Of a DNA stretch of 64,000 nucleotides, positions 47,401 through 57,202 are shown in pieces. The stretch is taken from the NCBI GenBank assembly GCA_947252645.1, contig CAMXWF010000002.1, forward strand, positions 8,632-72,631, in the 5' to 3' direction. A program made the translations under genes and the position numbers. Every line of letters begins with the position of its first letter. Within the stretch, counting starts at the first letter, position 1. The notes beneath the pieces were generated by a model. It did not search any database, had not been told where the DNA came from, and saw only the letters and a program-made list of their open reading frames with translations. The DNA is from an uncultured Bacteroidia bacterium (GTDB taxonomy: Bacteria; Bacteroidota; Bacteroidia; Bacteroidales; CAJPTX01).

Positions 47401-47576
47401 GTTGGAATTGGTTCCGTAATCGCTACGGGAGTGCAGTGCTCTCCTTCAATGCTTCCAACGTGTACACGTTCACCCGGTATACGGGGAGCGATCCTGAGGT
47501 TGGAGGTCAGGGGCTAGACGGGGGGCAATACCCCCTATCAACGGATCTGACAGTCGGACTTAAGCTCACCTTTTAA
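44439..47576 (+). CDS. SusC/RagA-family TonB-linked outer-membrane transporter
   Basis: 1045-aa ORF with a signal peptide and a CarboxypepD_reg-like N-domain (VRGVVVDAGSRQPIVAATVV). The SusC-type block is IDEVVVIGFGQMKKSDISTSVASV. The plug contains IPGVTVV and ITVLRDAASASVYG, and the barrel ends LKLTF. It has no STN/anti-sigma signalling extension. Confidence 0.93.
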   Translation: MNVKEVRGVSLLLLGLMLWWQALGQVPPSVRGVVVDAGSRQPIVAATVVDGVQAVSTITGVDGTWHLETALPATLRVSCIGYEPQEFTVTTPGMTDTLSLQPEAHNIDEVVVIGFGQMKKSDISTSVASVENMPLVKQRYVPSLAHMMQGQIPGVTVVNQGGHPTGGPQLFIRGVGSVSGESPLVVVDGVPGAPYTLADVENITVLRDAASASVYGAHAGAAGIILVTTKRARAGAVHVELSHGTTFSLPRNLPQSLTIAEERRVRAVALGGENNLPTGWDPQINPFIAETRTDWVGAIFRTGVSHRSSFSVNGGNARIAARGSFESDLRQGTLRHTYSDDYTTRLSLAWRIFPHVRLREELGWYYNSNRDANTSSAETGVLLSALAMPRNATVYDPLTVYGGTAPSDPAYAAKYGSNYADIHGDVVNPMRLLEGNRYKNNHHYLNTSTFLELLSPVPGLDFTSRFSYSFVRDNSLSFTPRRLEPGKPDKENYLSYNNQRSMDWEVENRINYDTLISGHSIGLMLAHTAQGADYRSFSAEAHDFEREASSLAYFNMAQANYPPTDGRAQDRNLGLVGRISYNWADRYFIMASWRTDWAGRLPKGHKMGMFPSVSGAWKISSEPFMSGLKWVNLLKLRASWGRIGNLGSIPLGYSYPTIGTSYFFMGGGGRTGGQTGLHPGAVKPRALLSAYNDRLTWETSDQQNYGLDVTLFNYRLAFTFDFFIKNTLGIIRSQDYGFPTIIGMGAPLINNGKIRNMGVEVSLGWKDQVRNFSYNVSANVAYLRNRVVDMGEGDGDEPVIWTDGPKFKVLHPYQTEVGQPLYSFYLYQTDGVFQTDAQAEGYVNAKGVRLQPAAKAGDLKFIDLNGDGVIDPLDREYMGNAMPKLTYACNLGVGYKGLSLSVMLQGVQGVQIFNAIKYVTLNESEKAFNRDNRILKALDGPTYAVPRISASDDNGNFSRASNWYLEDGSYLRVKNITVAYDFSSLLYRWNWFRNRYGSAVLSFNASNVYTFTRYTGSDPEVGGQGLDGGQYPLSTDLTVGLKLTF

Positions 47577-47589
47577 TTTTTTGTAGAAA

Positions 47590-49293
47590 ATGACGTTGCC
47601 AAATATGATACGCGCGCGGCAAGCGCTGATGGTGGGGTTGGCTTGTTTGGTAGTGACGCTTTCCCCCTCGTGCAAGAAGTGGCTCGATGTTCCGGTGGAA
47701 GGGGCGCCCAACACAGGGAATTACTGGAAGACCGAGAGTGATTTCTCGCAGGCACTCGATGCCTGCTACACCCCCTTTGGCGCAGAGGAGGCCTATGGCC
47801 GCGACCAGTTTGCCGAGCAGGTGGCGGGGGATGATTTCGTGTCGAAGAAATCGGACTGGGATCCCTTTGCCAACTTGTCCATGAATGGGGAGACAGAAGA
47901 GTCGATGAATACCCTCTACGAGCTCTACACCCAGATGCTCCAGCAGGCAAACCGGATCGTGTACTACGCGCTGAAGGTGGACAAACCTTCGCCCCGTATG
48001 CGCATGCATACGGGCGAGGCCTATTTCTGCCGTGGATTCGCACATTTCCAACTGGCCTATCGCTTTGGTCGCGCAGATCAGGGATTCCCGTTCTGCCGCT
48101 ACGAGGAATTCCCTGAGCTGCAGGACATGAGGATTCCACCGCAGCTTGCCAGCGTGTGTGACAACTACGCGGCCATCTGCCAAGACATGGACAAGGCCAT
48201 CGCCCTGCTGCCACCCTTCAAGGAGTATGAGGAAAAGGACTATGGGCGCGCAACGCGCGATGCGGCCATTGCGCTCAAGGTGAAAACGCTGGCCTATTGG
48301 GCGCAGCACGACCCATCGAAGTGGGCGCAGATCCCCCCGCTGGTCGACCGCCTAGAGAAAGAGTGTGGACGAGCACTGCTGCCGAGCTTTGCTGACGTGT
48401 TCAAAACAGAGAACGAGTGGGGCCCTGAGTTCATTTTTTCCTGCAACAACGATGTATCGATGCGCTCCGGGAGCTTTATCGCGGGGATCTTCCTAGAGGA
48501 AAAAGCCTGGGGCATCTACAATGGGTGGGGTACACTCCAGCCCACGCTAGAGCTTTTCGCAGAATATAAGCAAGGGGATGAGCGCCGGGGCTTGACGCTT
48601 TTCCAGTACAACGATCCATTTAAGTTCTTTGGCTACGAACGCCATTTCTACTCCGTCAGCAAGGTGGAGACGGGGTTCATGCTGGCCAAATACATGCAGA
48701 GCTTCCAGAGTGGAGAACGCCGGCAAACAGGCGTGGATAGTGAGGGGAAGCCAGTCTATTCATACTGGTCGAATGATGTTAGCAATGACGGGAACAGACC
48801 GCTATCCAACCTCAACATCCCGGTTTTCCGCCATGCTGAGATGGTGCTTTTCAAGGCAGAGGCGCTCATAGAGATGGGGCAAGGTGCAGAGGCAGCCAAA
48901 GAGCTAAATCGCCTCACGAGCCGTGCGGGCCTGGGAACGCCCTACACCACGGCCACCATGCGCGATCTCATGCACGAGCGTCGCTGCGAGCTGGCAGGAG
49001 AGTTTACCAATAGGTTCATGGATCTCAAGCGTTGGGCCCCTAGATATCCCGAGGCACTTGAGAAGCTCCAGGCTGCCAAGCATGGCATCAAGCACCTAGA
49101 GCGCAGCAACCCAGCCTCTGCCGTGGATAACGTCAAAGGCACTGACTGTACCATCAACGGGGTGACCTACCAGGGGACGGTGCAGATTTGGAAAGCCAAA
49201 ACCTACAAGCCCGATGTCCATTGCGTCTTCCCCTACCCCCGTCAGGAGATAGTGAAAGCTCGTGGGGCCATAAGGCAGAATCCGGGCTACTAG
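47590..49293 (+). CDS. SusD/RagB-family outer-membrane lipoprotein
   Basis: 567-aa ORF, 13 nt after the SusC-family gene. It has a lipobox (LVVTLSPSC) and SusD-like helical/TPR blocks (EAYFCRGFAHFQLAYRFG, HERRCELAGEFTNRFMDLKRW). Confidence 0.92.
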   Translation: MTLPNMIRARQALMVGLACLVVTLSPSCKKWLDVPVEGAPNTGNYWKTESDFSQALDACYTPFGAEEAYGRDQFAEQVAGDDFVSKKSDWDPFANLSMNGETEESMNTLYELYTQMLQQANRIVYYALKVDKPSPRMRMHTGEAYFCRGFAHFQLAYRFGRADQGFPFCRYEEFPELQDMRIPPQLASVCDNYAAICQDMDKAIALLPPFKEYEEKDYGRATRDAAIALKVKTLAYWAQHDPSKWAQIPPLVDRLEKECGRALLPSFADVFKTENEWGPEFIFSCNNDVSMRSGSFIAGIFLEEKAWGIYNGWGTLQPTLELFAEYKQGDERRGLTLFQYNDPFKFFGYERHFYSVSKVETGFMLAKYMQSFQSGERRQTGVDSEGKPVYSYWSNDVSNDGNRPLSNLNIPVFRHAEMVLFKAEALIEMGQGAEAAKELNRLTSRAGLGTPYTTATMRDLMHERRCELAGEFTNRFMDLKRWAPRYPEALEKLQAAKHGIKHLERSNPASAVDNVKGTDCTINGVTYQGTVQIWKAKTYKPDVHCVFPYPRQEIVKARGAIRQNPGY

Positions 49294-49488
49294 ACTACGG
49301 GATGGGTGCCTATGCGACGCCAGCGAGGCGATTCATCGCGCCTTGCTCCCCAGGGGAAGGTGTGCGTAGGGAGTTGACTAGGGGCTCAGGGTGTACGCAC
49401 AGTATCGAAATACTGCATCGTATGGACGTTTGGCCAAGCCTGCCAGGCTTGGTAGGCAGGAAGAATTAACCAGAGGAGCGAATAGAAA

Positions 49489-51138
49489 ATGCTTATCAAG
49501 AGTGAGTGGATTGTATTGATGTTGTTGCCGCTCTGTTTTGCCGGATGCGCTCCGATTCAGCGGGGCGATGGAGGGCACAGCATAGTGGCAGCAAAACAAC
49601 GGCCAAAGCACGTTATTCTGCTAGGCTTCGATGCCATGGGGAGCTTTGGGATTCAGCGCGCGAACACCCCGAACCTCAACTGGATCATGGCGCATGGCAG
49701 CGGTTCGCTGTCGGCGCGTAGCGTGCGCCCATCGGTCAGTAGCCCCAATTGGATGAGTATGCTCACGGGAGCGGAGCCAGAAATGCATGGTGTGACCTCC
49801 AACGATTGGATGCCGGGAGGCATCGAGGAGATAACTCCCGCCGTGAAGAATAAGGTGGGTCTCTACCCCACTGTGCTGGAGCTTTTCAAGCAGCGCTATC
49901 CAGACAAGAAGCTTTATGCCTACTATGAGTGGTCTGGGCAGGATAGGATGTACGACATGGGCCTAGTGGACAAGGCGGTGACCGGAAAGACGGGCGAGGT
50001 GCTCATGCGTATGGCCACAGAGGACTTCTTCCGCGACCGGCCCGATTTCCTCTATGTGTCGATCCTCGAGATCGATGATGTCGGCCATGCCAAGACCCAT
50101 GAGTCCGATGAGTACTTGGGCTGCATAGCGAAGTACGATGCACTCATTGGGGAGTTCATCAAGAAGCTCCGCACGACGGGCCTAGACAAAGAGTCAGTGG
50201 TGATCATTACGGCCGACCATGGGGGGCTGGAGGGGAGCCATGGGGGCGATAACGTGGCGGAAACGTCCATCCCGCTGCTCCTTTACGGCCAGGGGGTAAC
50301 CCCCGGGAAAATGCTCAGCTATGCGCCCTCCATCACGGATGTGGCGGGGACGTTGGCAGAGTTGACAGGCACCCCGCTGGACGGTTCGGCCGCTGGACGT
50401 TTCCTAGCAGAGTGCTTTACCCCGCTAGGGGACCAAGGAGGCTCCTTTACGCCCAGTATGCCGCGCGTGCAGCCCTATAAGGGCCGCTTTGACCACCCCG
50501 TGGCGCTCACCATCACGCAGGACAACGACTCCACGGTCTCGCTCTACTATACGACCGATGGCCTGCCCCCAACCGCCCAGAGCGCACGCTATACGGGCCC
50601 CATCACCGTGGACTCCTCGATGCTCATTAGGGCTGTCGCCATCGGGTCCCAGGGCGAAAGCATGGAGTCCACTGCGGATATCCGTATCTGCAGACCTAGC
50701 GACCAAGCCTGCGTGCGATTCCAGAAGTACGCCAATTACCGGGGCAAACAGGTGCCAGACTTCTCTAGGCTCGGCGCACCTACCACCACGGGCTATGTCC
50801 ACGAGTTCTCGCTAGATGAGATTGTGCAGGGTGTGGAGGATCATTTTGCCGTCAGGCTGACAGCGGGGCTGCAAGTTGCCTCTGCAGGCCGTTATATGCT
50901 GGCGCTGCGCGCCGACGATGGCGCCAAGCTCTACCTGGATGGCAAGCTACTCATCGACAACGATGGCTCCCATTCCCCTATCACCAAGAAGGCCTGGTGC
51001 GACCTCAAGGAGGGCCAACATACGCTTGAAGTAGGGTACTTTGAGGATTATATGGGGGAGCATCTCTCGGTGTATATTGCCTTGCCGGGTAGGGGGCTGC
51101 AGACGCTCCCGATGCGCATGATGAGTCGCCCAGAGTAG
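49489..51138 (+). CDS. Alkaline-phosphatase-superfamily phosphodiesterase (NPP-like) with a chitobiase-C-like domain and a PA14 domain
   Basis: 549-aa ORF with a lipoprotein-type signal (LPLCFAGC). The NPP core shows VILLGFDAMG, SPNWMSMLTGAEPEMHGV, DDVGHAKTHES and ITADHGG. VSLYYTTDGLPPTAQSARYTGPITVDSSMLIRAVA is CHB_HEX_C-like. The C-terminus HFAVRLTAGLQVASAGRYMLALRADDGAKLYLDGKLLIDNDG...HTLEVGYFE is PA14-like. Confidence 0.85.
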   Translation: MLIKSEWIVLMLLPLCFAGCAPIQRGDGGHSIVAAKQRPKHVILLGFDAMGSFGIQRANTPNLNWIMAHGSGSLSARSVRPSVSSPNWMSMLTGAEPEMHGVTSNDWMPGGIEEITPAVKNKVGLYPTVLELFKQRYPDKKLYAYYEWSGQDRMYDMGLVDKAVTGKTGEVLMRMATEDFFRDRPDFLYVSILEIDDVGHAKTHESDEYLGCIAKYDALIGEFIKKLRTTGLDKESVVIITADHGGLEGSHGGDNVAETSIPLLLYGQGVTPGKMLSYAPSITDVAGTLAELTGTPLDGSAAGRFLAECFTPLGDQGGSFTPSMPRVQPYKGRFDHPVALTITQDNDSTVSLYYTTDGLPPTAQSARYTGPITVDSSMLIRAVAIGSQGESMESTADIRICRPSDQACVRFQKYANYRGKQVPDFSRLGAPTTTGYVHEFSLDEIVQGVEDHFAVRLTAGLQVASAGRYMLALRADDGAKLYLDGKLLIDNDGSHSPITKKAWCDLKEGQHTLEVGYFEDYMGEHLSVYIALPGRGLQTLPMRMMSRPE

Positions 51139-51141
51139 TCC

Positions 51142-52746
51142 TCAGAAGCCTTGTAGCTGTATCAGCACCGTGGGCAGTAAGAGCAGAAGCCCTAGCACCA
51201 TCAGAAGAACCAAGAGCGGCCAGAACCATTTGAGCCACTTGACGTAGGGGATGTGGGCCATGGCCAATACGCCCACCATGACCCCCGAGGTGGGCGTGGC
51301 TAAGTTGGTGAAGCCGCCCCCCAGCTGGTAGGCTGTCACGGTAGTTTGCCGTGATAGGCCTACCAAGTCTGCAAATTGCGCCATGAGGGGAATGGTGAGT
51401 GCAGCCTTCGCCGAGCCTGAGGCAATGATCAGGTTGAGCAGGGTGTAGAAAATGTACATCACCACCACGGCCCCAACGGTCCCGAAACCGGCCATCGCGT
51501 CGGCAGCACCAGCTAGTAGCGTATCGATGATTTGCCCCTGCTCTAGAATCACCACGATCCCCGATGCGAATCCCACCACCAGGGCCGCCGAGAGGATATC
51601 GGCCGCCCCAGCTATAAAGAGCTTGGTGATGGCGTTGGCCCCTTGGCCTGCGGCTATGCCCGTGGCAATGCCCATGGCAAGAAAGAGCGAGGCGATCTCC
51701 TGGATATACCACTTATAGCCCATCACCCCCACTACCAGCACCACGATAGCGAGCAGCAGCAAACCCACGTTGAGCATTTGTACGGAGTGGCGAGTGCTAT
51801 AGTAGCCGGCGATAGCCCAGGTAGCGGCAATAGGGGGCAATAGGACCCAGCTGCTTGTCTTGGCCCCAATACCCAGGGTGGTAATGGGATAGAGGATGGC
51901 TGCAGTGGCCAGCACGAGCAGTACCACTACGTACACGCCCCATCCAGCCCTCCCAGCCTTACTGGGCTTCAGCCCTTGGTTTTCCTCCACGCGGGCGCGC
52001 CACTGCGCATCTTCCCCGTAGACCGGTGACAGCGTGGGGTCGCGGCGCAGGCGCCGCATGTAGCGCAGTACGTAGGATATCCCCACGAAGTTTATTGCGG
52101 CCCAGATTACTAGCCGATAGCCAAGCCCGCTGAAGAGGGGAAGCCCGGCCAGCCCTTGCGCAATGCCGATAGTAAAAGGGTTGAGCAGGGCCCCCGCAAA
52201 GCCCAGGCCCGCCGCGAGGAAGCACATGGATACCCCCACGATGCTGTCGTAGCCCATCGAGATGGCCAGCGGTACGAAGATGACCACAAAGGCGATGGTC
52301 TCCTCACTCATGCCAATGACGGCGCCGAAGAAGCTAAAGCAGAGCATGATGAGGGTGACGATGAGGTTGTCGATGCCGATGAAGCGCAACCAGCGCTGCC
52401 GCTCCAAGCGCCGAGCACTGCGCACGAAGCCACCAATAGCCACATCGAGCGCGTGGCTGGAGTTTAAGATCCAAAACGCCCCCCCGATGATGAGGATGTA
52501 GAAAATGATGCTGGAGGTGCGGGTCATACCGTCGAAGAGGGCCGTGAACACCTGGTAGCTTTGCCCACTGCTTGCCACACGCTCGTATGAGCCTGGCACA
52601 ACCACGTGCCGAGGAACCCCGTTGACTACCACTTCTTGGCGTGCGAAGCGGCCTCCAGGCACTATCCAGGTAAGTATGGATCCCAGCACAATGAGACTGA
52701 ATACAATCACGTAGGTGTGCGGGAAGGGGTGCTTCTTCTTGGCCAT
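51142..52746 (-). CDS. YfcC/DcuC-family polytopic transporter
   Basis: 534-aa ORF. The N-terminus MAKKKHPFPHTYVIVFSLIVLGSILTWIVPGG is characteristic of YfcC-family carriers. It has at least 10 hydrophobic segments. Confidence 0.85.
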   Translation of the reverse strand: MAKKKHPFPHTYVIVFSLIVLGSILTWIVPGGRFARQEVVVNGVPRHVVVPGSYERVASSGQSYQVFTALFDGMTRTSSIIFYILIIGGAFWILNSSHALDVAIGGFVRSARRLERQRWLRFIGIDNLIVTLIMLCFSFFGAVIGMSEETIAFVVIFVPLAISMGYDSIVGVSMCFLAAGLGFAGALLNPFTIGIAQGLAGLPLFSGLGYRLVIWAAINFVGISYVLRYMRRLRRDPTLSPVYGEDAQWRARVEENQGLKPSKAGRAGWGVYVVVLLVLATAAILYPITTLGIGAKTSSWVLLPPIAATWAIAGYYSTRHSVQMLNVGLLLLAIVVLVVGVMGYKWYIQEIASLFLAMGIATGIAAGQGANAITKLFIAGAADILSAALVVGFASGIVVILEQGQIIDTLLAGAADAMAGFGTVGAVVVMYIFYTLLNLIIASGSAKAALTIPLMAQFADLVGLSRQTTVTAYQLGGGFTNLATPTSGVMVGVLAMAHIPYVKWLKWFWPLLVLLMVLGLLLLLPTVLIQLQGF

Positions 52747-52803
52747 GGAGCAGAGGCTGTAGTATTGCGCTGCAAAGGTAGGTGTTTGTAGTTGTTGGGT
52801 TGT

Positions 52804-54054
52804 CTAGAAGGCAAAGCGTAGTCGTACCCAGAGCTGGGAGTTGTTGCGATAGGGGAAGAACATCCCGCCCTTGGCGTAGAAGAGGTCGTAGGCGAGTTCG
52901 CCGCTCAGCTGGTCGGAGAAGGCGTAGTGGGCAGAGATGCGGTTGAACAGGCCTATGTGCGTGACATCGAAGTAGGCGAAGTTGGAGAGGGTCAGGGTGT
53001 TGCCGAGCATGTTTTTGGCTATCCGTAGGGTTGCCAAGCCGGCATTCCCGACAGCGGGCAGCTCCTCGGCCTTCGGGATGAAGTTGTGGAAGTATTGCGC
53101 GCTGAGCGTCCACTCGTGTGGGGCGTACCAGTCGATGCCAATCAGGCCATGGAGGGTGTGTCGGAATTGGATTTCTTGGTTTGGTAGAGGAGACTGAGCC
53201 TCATGGAGATATGCGGCGGCCTCAGCACGTAGTACGAGTGGCCCGGCCGAGACGGAGAGGTCGCCCCCGACTAGGGTCATCCGAGCGTGGTGGGCTGCTA
53301 AGGCAAGTCCATCGCTAGTGCGCGTGTAGGTGAAGACAGGCATTTTGTTCCATGTACGCAAGGCGCAGAGCGAGAAGTCCACACTGGGCAGAAAGAAGCG
53401 GATGCGCCCGCCGTATTCAGCACTTTTGATGGAGAGAGGAGGTTGGTGACTGGATAGGTCGAGCTGCACGTGCTGCCCCGCGGGGAAGGGAGTCCAGGGG
53501 TTATCGGGTTCGGTGGGCAGGGTGTAGAAGTTGGGTATGGGGATAGCGATGGCACTCACGCTCATGACGGTGTTGCTGTAGGTACACTCGATGACGTTGA
53601 CTGGGGTGCGTATCTCATCGAAGTCTTTTGTGATGAACTCGGTCAGGTCGAGTGGGGAGACGATGTCGGTGACCCTGAGCGCATCGGCTAGCCCCCAGAT
53701 GATAATGCGACGGCCGGCGCAGAGCGTGAAATGGTCGGTGGCGTAGCTCAGGTAGGCTTCGCGTAGGTTGATACCCGACTTGCTGGGTAGGAGGCCGTTG
53801 GCCGTGGCCATAAGAGAAACAAAGGCATTTGCGCCCCATTTGCCTAGCTGTAGCTCTCCGCGGACTTGGGTGCGTGAGGCCATCCATTGCCCGTTGACGA
53901 GCCCGAGCGCGTGGTAGGAGTCGACAAAACCTTTTGTCCGCACGCTGAGCATATCGTTGGTCTCTTCAGGGGCATCTTGCGCCCATGCTGCCGCTTGTCC
54001 TCCAAGACCTAGAAGCAGCACCATGAACGCAATGCTGGCGTATAGAGTTTTCAT
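52804..54054 (-). CDS. Outer-membrane beta-barrel protein of the MMPL/LolA-like module (DUF1302-like)
   Basis: 416-aa ORF with a signal peptide ([16 protein letters not shown]), alternating amphipathic beta pattern and the terminal LWVRLRFAF. Its ATG overlaps the upstream stop (ATGA at 54051-54054). Confidence 0.75.
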   Translation of the reverse strand: MKTLYASIAFMVLLLGLGGQAAAWAQDAPEETNDMLSVRTKGFVDSYHALGLVNGQWMASRTQVRGELQLGKWGANAFVSLMATANGLLPSKSGINLREAYLSYATDHFTLCAGRRIIIWGLADALRVTDIVSPLDLTEFITKDFDEIRTPVNVIECTYSNTVMSVSAIAIPIPNFYTLPTEPDNPWTPFPAGQHVQLDLSSHQPPLSIKSAEYGGRIRFFLPSVDFSLCALRTWNKMPVFTYTRTSDGLALAAHHARMTLVGGDLSVSAGPLVLRAEAAAYLHEAQSPLPNQEIQFRHTLHGLIGIDWYAPHEWTLSAQYFHNFIPKAEELPAVGNAGLATLRIAKNMLGNTLTLSNFAYFDVTHIGLFNRISAHYAFSDQLSGELAYDLFYAKGGMFFPYRNNSQLWVRLRFAF

Positions 54055-54824
54055 AGTCCCTGTTCGAGTCGTGCAACGGTGAAGAGGTTGGCCGCCAGCT
54101 TGATGTTGAACTTAGGGTCTTCAAACAGGAGCAGGGTGGAGTGACCCGTTTGCACATTGCGCATCAGCATGCGCTTGGCCATCCAGAAGCCTTGGACCTT
54201 CTCTATCTCTGAGGCCTCAAACTGGCGCTGTAGCTTGTTGAGCTTGTCGTAGTACTCGACCTTTATCACCAAGTTGGCCTCCTGTCGAACCCACGAGACT
54301 TTCCTGGAGTAGGCTCCATTCTTCTCTTTAGGTACGGACTCCACCACCCAGCAGGGGAAGGCGTTGAGGTTTTCTTCCCGGAGTAGGGAGTGGGAGTCCT
54401 CATCGACATTGCGGCTTCCCATGTCGTCGTAGGTGAAGTCGCTGCCCATGAAGTAGTCGGTTTTGGCGGACTTTCCGCTGATGCGTCGGGTTTTCTTCAT
54501 GGCGGGGAGGTAGAGCCATTTGTCGTCGTTGCGCTTGGGGTCATCGTAATCCCAGGTGAGGAAGCCCGTGCCTTTTACATCGCCTGGGTAGGTGAAGAAC
54601 ATGATGGTTTTGGTGTCCTTGCCGATGTCCATGGAGAAGGAAGAGAGTTTACGCTCCCGGGCGCGGCCATTTTTGTTGGTGAGGGTCATGGTCATTTGCG
54701 CGGAGCGTGTGTCGCCATTGTCGCGATCCTTGACCTTTTGCATGATGTCGCGTCCGGTGAGGCCTTGGGCCTGGAGGAGGTTGCCGCAGAGAAGCGCGAG
54801 CAGGAGGAAAATGGTAGTTCTCAT
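54051..54824 (-). CDS. LolA-like outer-membrane lipoprotein-sorting family protein
   Basis: 257-aa ORF with a signal peptide ([15 protein letters not shown]). Its blocks are typical of the LolA_like family: [42 protein letters not shown] and [12 protein letters not shown]. Confidence 0.85.
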   Translation of the reverse strand: MRTTIFLLLALLCGNLLQAQGLTGRDIMQKVKDRDNGDTRSAQMTMTLTNKNGRARERKLSSFSMDIGKDTKTIMFFTYPGDVKGTGFLTWDYDDPKRNDDKWLYLPAMKKTRRISGKSAKTDYFMGSDFTYDDMGSRNVDEDSHSLLREENLNAFPCWVVESVPKEKNGAYSRKVSWVRQEANLVIKVEYYDKLNKLQRQFEASEIEKVQGFWMAKRMLMRNVQTGHSTLLLFEDPKFNIKLAANLFTVARLEQGL

Positions 54825-54829
54825 GATAG

Positions 54830-57181
54830 CTAATTCTTGGAGTTACGTTTCTTGAAGAGCTTGAGATACTTGAGCAGGAGAGGCGTGATGAAGAGGTCGG
54901 CGAGCAGGGCAGAAATCATGCCTAGGTCGGCTAGGATGCCCCAGTTGCGCGTCTGGGTGGCGCTGCTGAAGATGAAGCCACTGTAGGCGAAGGTGATGAC
55001 TAGGGTAGACATCACGATAGCCAGCCCGGCCACGCGGAAGGTGCGCTTGACGGCCTGGTCGTATGAGCCGCACTCATCGTAGGCTATGTGCATATGGTTG
55101 ATGAAGTGTACCGTGTCGTCCACGGCGATACCTAGTATCATGGGGATGAGCGAGGCGGTCATCATGTCGAGCGGGTAGTCGAGCCAGCCCATCATGCCTC
55201 CCACGATGATGGCTGGCATGAGGTTGGGGATCATGCCCACCAGGGCCACTTTCCAGCTGGAGAAGACCAGCAGCAAGACCAGCCCAATGACGAGGACCGA
55301 GAGGAACATGGACCAGATCTGTCCCCGCTCCACGTATTGCTGCATGACAGTAAACTGAGGTAGATTGCCCACCGCGGCCACTTGGGCATCGGGGAAGAGC
55401 TTTTGGGCGTAGTTCTGCACGGCAATCAGCTCTTTTTCGGCCTCGTTGCTGTTGAAGCTATTGAGTTCCACTTGTAGGCGCAGGTGCTGGTAGTCGTAGT
55501 CGAGCCAGTACTCCGACTCGGTGCCGCCAGCGTTTTCATAGAGCAGGAGCAGTTGGGCCACCAAGTCGGGCGATGAGGGTACGCAGTAGGCCGTAGGGTT
55601 GCCTTCGTTGAGGGTGCAGTTGAGGTCCTTTACAATGTCGAGGATGGAGTTGGTGCGCTTGGAGAGGGGGTAGATAGCCACCTCTTTGGCGAGCTGTTCG
55701 AGCCGTAGGAGGTTCTCTGGCAGCTTGGCTTGCCCTGGCTGGGGGAGTGTGACCATGATGTCGTAGGAGTACATGGAGCCCAGCTCAGTGGCGCACAGGT
55801 CGAGGAAATTGCGCACGTAGGGGACCTTGCGCCCCATGGAGCGTTCGATGTCGAAGGCAGGCTCTATTCGGTAGAGGCCTATGCCGCACAGGAGTGTGAT
55901 GATGGTGGCAGAGATGATGATGGGCCTATGCTTTTTCAGCACAAAGTTGCCGAAGTGCTCGAAGCTATTGCTCGCACGTCCCTCTAGACTTTTGGCCATT
56001 TCTGGATGGGGAGTTCTATTGCGTCCGAACGACAAGAGGGCTGGTGTGAGGAAAATGCAGCAGCAGAGGACAGAGAGCAAGCATAGGGCCGACACGTAGC
56101 CCATGGCCTGTAGGGGTGCTATGCTGATGGCCAGGAAGGTCATCATGGCCAGCATGGTGGTTAGGGCCGAGAGGGTGACTCCGTAGCCTGTGCTAGCGAT
56201 GGCGTAGGTGACCGCGATTTTGCGCTGACCAGTGGCCACAAAGTGGGTCTTGAAGCTATTGTAGACGTGTACATTGTAGGCAATAGAGCAGGCGAAGGTG
56301 AGGATCATGGCCACCATCATGACGGACATGTCGATATAGAGCCCAAGCCAGCCAACCACGCCCATTCCTATGAGAAGGCCCGCGAAGGTGGTGAGCAAGG
56401 GCAATATCACGCCCCGTAGCGTGCGGGTGATGATGATGAGTACCACCAGCGCTGCCAGTAGCCCGAAGAGGAAGAGTCGGCTCATCTCCCCCTTGAGGAA
56501 CACCGTTTTCTTGTACGACAGGTAGGGCATTCCGGCAGCGTTGGGGTGTAGCGAAGAGTAGCAGGGCTTGGAGATGATGCGCTCGGTTTGGAGGCCTGAG
56601 ACCATGTCGGGACTCATGCTGCTAGTTTTAGTCCACTCCTCGGCCGGGGGGAAGGGACGCAGCTTGACCATGAGCCAGGTCATAGAGCCATCGCTCGAGA
56701 TGAGTTTCTTGGCCAGGTAGGGCTTGCTGAAGGCCTTTTGCCGTATTGCCTCGAGGGCTTGAGCGTCCGTGGGGATTTCTTCAGGCACAATCTGCTCTAT
56801 CTGTATCCCCTCCTTGTTGCCTGCCATGAACTCTAGGTCGGTGAGGGAGGTGATCTTCTCTGCGTAGGAGAGGCTGTCCATGAGTTCTTGGCTGAGCTGT
56901 CGGATGAGGCTCAGATTCTTATGGGTAAACACGTCATCGCACCGCACTAGGACGGCCACGTAGTAGTCGTTGCCAAAGATGGACTTGAACTCCTCGGTTT
57001 TCACCAGCATGGGGTCATCCTTGATGAAGTAGTCATCGAAAGTGGTCTTCATCTCTATGCGCTTGGTGCCCAAGAATGCGCCAATAAGCAGTAGGGCAAA
57101 GATGGCTATCACCCCCCATCGGTGTCGGATGCTCCAGTCGACCAGTAGGCCGAAGGAGGTATTGATCTTCTCTATTGTCAT
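54830..57181 (-). CDS. MMPL/RND-superfamily exporter (COG1033-type)
   Basis: 783-aa ORF with two 6-TM bundles, each preceded by a large loop. The N-terminus [23 protein letters not shown]...[10 protein letters not shown] is typical of MMPL exporters. Confidence 0.88.
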   Translation of the reverse strand: MTIEKINTSFGLLVDWSIRHRWGVIAIFALLLIGAFLGTKRIEMKTTFDDYFIKDDPMLVKTEEFKSIFGNDYYVAVLVRCDDVFTHKNLSLIRQLSQELMDSLSYAEKITSLTDLEFMAGNKEGIQIEQIVPEEIPTDAQALEAIRQKAFSKPYLAKKLISSDGSMTWLMVKLRPFPPAEEWTKTSSMSPDMVSGLQTERIISKPCYSSLHPNAAGMPYLSYKKTVFLKGEMSRLFLFGLLAALVVLIIITRTLRGVILPLLTTFAGLLIGMGVVGWLGLYIDMSVMMVAMILTFACSIAYNVHVYNSFKTHFVATGQRKIAVTYAIASTGYGVTLSALTTMLAMMTFLAISIAPLQAMGYVSALCLLSVLCCCIFLTPALLSFGRNRTPHPEMAKSLEGRASNSFEHFGNFVLKKHRPIIISATIITLLCGIGLYRIEPAFDIERSMGRKVPYVRNFLDLCATELGSMYSYDIMVTLPQPGQAKLPENLLRLEQLAKEVAIYPLSKRTNSILDIVKDLNCTLNEGNPTAYCVPSSPDLVAQLLLLYENAGGTESEYWLDYDYQHLRLQVELNSFNSNEAEKELIAVQNYAQKLFPDAQVAAVGNLPQFTVMQQYVERGQIWSMFLSVLVIGLVLLLVFSSWKVALVGMIPNLMPAIIVGGMMGWLDYPLDMMTASLIPMILGIAVDDTVHFINHMHIAYDECGSYDQAVKRTFRVAGLAIVMSTLVITFAYSGFIFSSATQTRNWGILADLGMISALLADLFITPLLLKYLKLFKKRNSKN

Positions 57182-57202
57182 GATAATGGTAGTATTGGTT
57201 TT

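Noticed and set aside
47566-48309. 247-aa and 213-aa minus-strand ORFs across the SusC/SusD junction
   Set aside because: They are antisense to the SusD-family gene and have implausible Arg/His/Pro-rich sequences.
51005-53113. 235-aa and 259-aa minus-strand ORFs in alternative frames of the YfcC-family and beta-barrel genes
   Set aside because: They are same-strand, out-of-frame overlaps with genes that show coherent transporter or barrel features. Their translations are Arg/Pro/His-rich.
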